64,000 nucleotides of DNA, from NCBI RefSeq assembly GCF_009914755.1, contig NC_060931.1; one strand, written 5' to 3'. A model generated the notes under the pieces. It was given only the letters and a program-made list of their open reading frames with translations, was not told the DNA's origin and searched no databases. The translations under genes and the position numbers were made by a program. The DNA comes from the human T2T-CHM13v2.0 reference genome, Homo sapiens. This document shows positions 60,036-64,000 of the stretch, piece by piece; position 1 is the stretch's first letter, and every line of letters begins with the position of its first letter.

Positions 60036-61364
60036 CTGTGACAACACTGGCCAGGTTAAAGTCTCAAGCACAGCAAAGAGCAAATGTGTTCACCTCTGGT
60101 AGACAGAGGGCAGTCTCTGCACACTTACAAGCACTTTCCCCGATGACACTATACATATTACATATGATTATTACGCGAGGTGTAATAAGTGCTAAACTAA
60201 AACCAAATTCACCCAGTCTCACCCAAAACACCCACTTCCCCAGTTCTCAGACACACAAGGCTGTTGGAACGTATTTGATACTTCTGGCAAATCAAAGCCC
60301 CATGACCGGATATTCAAGATAAAAAGCAGGAGAAAATCTATAACCCAAAGGTCAGAGTTAAGAGCACAGGGCCTGTCTGCCTTTGGTTTGTTGTGAGTCC
60401 AGAGTCCAACCGTACTTTGGGTTTTCCCACTGGTAGCTTGCTTGTCCCACCCTTCTCCTCCTCAACTCTCCAGCCCAGCTCTGTTTCCTGCTCTACGAAA
60501 TACCCTCCCAACTTCAGCACACACGAGGACAGTGAGCGGGCCACACAGCAGAGCTGGGAGGTCAGGAAGCTACCATGCCCTGTGTCAGTTCAAAGCCCCT
60601 CTCTGCAGACGCCCCTTCTCTCTGGCCCAGGTGTCGGCAGCTGCTGACTTCCCAGAGCCGGCCCCAACACCTTCCCAGAGCCGGTTCCCAGATGCTCAAC
60701 ACCTGTGCTGGGGTCCCGCCAGCTCCCTTTCACCTCTGCTGGCCAGAGCAAAAGAGACCACAGCCCTCAGATGGTAAGTGCTCAGCCAGGTATTGGGTGG
60801 ACAAGGCTCCTGCCACAGGGTATATGTGGACAGCACAAGAAGAGAGCAGACAAGAGTGTACATGGGAGCAAAGGAGCCTCCGGCCTAAGCTCTCTTTTGA
60901 GGGCCTGCAGCTGTTTTCCATCTCCCACCTTCTTCTCACTGGGGATACATGCAAGCCTGCAGTTTATTTCATGAAATATCTATGATACATAAAGTTACAC
61001 TGGCATTAGGGTGGCAATAGTCTATCAAACATCTTTACAGCTAGCTTAAATCCCAACTTATGAGAACTAGGCCAGTCTCTGAAGTGATGGGGCAGCCAGG
61101 GGTGTCTGCTCCCAACCCGCAGTGGGGGTGGGGCTGGGCAGGTGGGGTTCTTAGGCCTGTATTATTTATTACCTAGTTTCTGAGCGAGACCAGGAAACCT
61201 GTGACTCCAAGTTCAGCTGCTGCACAATTAGCTTATTAAGAAGTTGTCCTGAGCTTGGAGGAGTCTAAGGTGCATTTAAAAATGAAGCCCAGGTTCACTC
61301 TGAGGACCTGGGGGGAGTGACTGTGGCAGAATTAGGGCTGGTGGTGGTAGCTTTTAAAGCTCAC

Positions 61365-61502
61365 CTTTGAAGTTCCCTTGGTGGAGCAATAAAGGCCAGA
61401 TCTCCGCAAACACACATACAGCTTTTTCCATGATTTCTTTCCCAGCTCTTTCACATGCAAAAACCCTTGAATTTCAGGACAACTACTGGAGTTCAGAAAA
61501 TT
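61365..61502 (-). CDS. GRB10: GRB10 coding exon (PH domain start), [46 protein letters not shown]
   Basis: cag|AATTTT...TCAAAG|gtgagc; 138 nt; PH-domain N-terminal strands typical of the Grb7/10/14 family. Confidence 0.97.
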
Positions 61503-63225
61503 CTGTTGAAGAACAAATTTTTAAAATCACATAATGCTAATCTAAAATAATTAAAGCAGACATGTTATCAGCATAGCTGACATTTTCTGAATTATTAAAA
61601 GACTCCTTTTTGGATCAAAATGAGAGTGTTCTCCTTTCCAAAGTCTTAAAATCCCATCTCAATTCGTGTTGCATAGAACATAATTCGTATTTAAACATAT
61701 GCAAGCAAATGGACCTTTCCAACACTGGTGATAACACGAGTCATGAATTTCCCTATAAGATAGTGCACTGAAGGATCCAGTCTGATATCAGACTGAGGGC
61801 AAGAGCAAGTGCCATGACCAAGTGATTGGGACTCTGGAGACTGACAGTGAGTATGTAGTGGCCACTTTTACCCAGGCACCCCTCCAGTCAAGGGTCACAT
61901 AAAAGGTGTCATGTGTCCGCAAGTGATGCACCCAGGTGCAGGACATCCTGGTGATGTCCCCCTGTTCCAGCTAACTCTTCCCACAGGCAGCCTTAAGAAT
62001 AAAGGCTTTATCAAAACAAAACAAAACAAGAAACTACGCTTTTCATCAAAGGGAAGACAGGCCAAGGGCCAGGTCATGGAGCGAAGTTGGGGAGGTGATG
62101 CTGGCAGGTCCTGCTACTAGACTGGGAGGGGACAAAGCTCTTTTCCCCCAGGTGGGAAAGGCACGTCGGACAGAGCCCTGGTGCACCTGGGTCAGTCCTT
62201 CTTGAGTCTCAAGAGATCACTGCACATCTTCATAAAGCGCATGGATCCTCTCAAAGTCAAGGCAATTAAAACAGAATCTGCTATTTCACTGTTCACTGTG
62301 TATAGGTGGTAACTTAGTGCTGACACCTCTCGCCAGAACAGACACATGCTATGGTCAGAAGGGCTTCTGAAGACACCACCAGAACAGAGCTCTGAAACTC
62401 TTATCTTTTAGATGCTGAAACAAATTTGGTGATAACAACGTAGAAAAAGGGCTTATGAGGAGAATTCTGTAGGAACTACATTTTAGTAGTTTCTCTTACA
62501 TGTAATGTCACCTGGATCTTGTTGGTGGCCTTAGGAAATGGTTTATTCTCTCACTTTTAACATGTACACAGGCACATTTTTAGGGTGTAGCTGTAACATT
62601 CCCATTCCCCACTCCCAGCTTCCCCGGAGGAGTGTGTGTGAGAGCTGGGCACAGAGGCCCTGGTGGCTCCCTCCACTGGAAGAGGAGGTGGGGAGAGACC
62701 AGGTTTTCTTAGAACAGACTTTATGAATCAGGACAATTAAAGCAGGTTTCTTTATTTGTAATATATGGCAAGTTACTTTTAAAAGTCTGTTGTGGTAACC
62801 CGATCATCTTTTACTATAGACTCTGTGCTTCTGCAGAGATTTCCAAGCAGCTAGGCGGTGGCCTGACCTGGGACCCCTGCTCAGAAAGGAGCTGGGGAGG
62901 GAGCCCTGAGACTGGGGTTTCTCCATGCACCCCCTGGCCCACACTCAGCAGTGGCATCACTGGACTCTTCTAAGTCAGAGCAAGGGCATCGTGTAAGTGC
63001 CTGTTTGGCTTAGAAGGAACCCAGCTACACACAGATTTTCCAAGGAAACTTTTAATTTCTGGTTACTCTAAACCCTCCCCCCCACCACCCCTCCGGCTTA
63101 AGAGCCAAGGTTATAAATGGTGAAAGATGCGATCTCTTTAGGTTTTTTACAATGCTGCCATTCAGTTCCAAGAGGATTTCTATTCAGAAAGTCTATTTCA
63201 GCAGAGATCTATTGTGGCCCAGTAC

Positions 63226-63294
63226 CTGCAAAAGCTGGGTTTGACTGCCATTTGACTGCTGGCACCAAGTAACCATCTGTTCTGGGAAGAAATT
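63226..63294 (-). CDS. GRB10: GRB10 coding exon (RA-PH linker), [23 protein letters not shown]
   Basis: Boundaries tag|AATTTC...TTGCAG|gtact; 69 nt, phase 0/0; peptide recognised as GRB10 and in frame with the next exon. Upstream exons lie outside the window. Confidence 0.95.
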
Positions 63295-64000
63295 CTAAGA
63301 AAATGGGAAAAAACAAATACGTAAAAGGTTAGCTTCAAAGTGAGGGAAGGTATGTCATATAGATATGTCAATTTTAAAACTATTCCTACCAGTATAATTA
63401 CATACACCTGTATTTAAAATGGCGGTCCTTTTTATTCTCCTATCACACAGAAGAAACACCTCCTTCAAAAGGTTGTATTTTGTTTCCTGAAATGCTGGGT
63501 ACTAGTGTGGAATACCAACTATGTTTACTAAGGGATTCATGTCTCACAGCATGCTCCATGGCAAACAGCGATGCCAGCGTCCCAGCCCAGTGGCACAAGT
63601 GCACAGTGTGAGATAAAGAATTCCTGAAACTAAAAGGTAAGCCCAGTCACGAGAAAAGCCTGTTCTGCTGCATTCCCCAAAAACAGTCTTCAAATTTCTT
63701 ACTTTGGAATAAAAAAGCAGCTACATTATCAGAGTCAGAAATGGCCCTGGGTCTTCTCCCCAGTTGATGCAGCTCTGACCCATGACTCAGGATGACAGCG
63801 AGTGCCCCAGGAGCTAGGAGGTGCCCTCCCTATCCTGGCCTCTCACAGGACAAGTGCCTCTCCCAAAGAAAGAAAAGAGAGATCAAGGTGACCAGCTCAA
63901 GACACCAACCAATCGCACTGATTTCTCTAGTCATTCTTCCACGTATGATCACAAAATATATTTGCTATTTGCAGAGAATAATGAGTTTTTCTTCTGCTAA

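Overview
Primate (very likely human) genomic DNA from the imprinted GRB10/DDC locus. The right half carries the 3' part of GRB10 on the minus strand: ten coding exons with GT/AG boundaries and continuous phase (PH domain, BPS region, SH2 domain), followed by a ~2.9 kb 3' UTR. The left part carries the two alternative non-coding first exons and promoters of DDC (aromatic L-amino acid decarboxylase), also on the minus strand; no DDC coding exon falls in the window. Between the genes lies a 14 kb nested retroelement stack: a defective HERV-K(HML-8)/MER11 provirus whose 5' LTR is split by a full-length L1PA and whose protease G-patch is split by a solo HERV-H LTR7. A ~40-bp minisatellite follows it. 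The best leads are: (1) an in-frame downstream GT donor that would add 30 partly hydrophobic residues inside the GRB10 SH2 domain; (2) a 111-bp COX2 NUMT with an apparently ancestral, non-human sequence and intact CpGs between the DDC promoters; (3) an env/PPT fragment sitting upstream of the provirus 5' LTR with no target-site duplication. I see no evidence of a new multi-gene system. Most ORFs in the track are repeat-derived or spurious.
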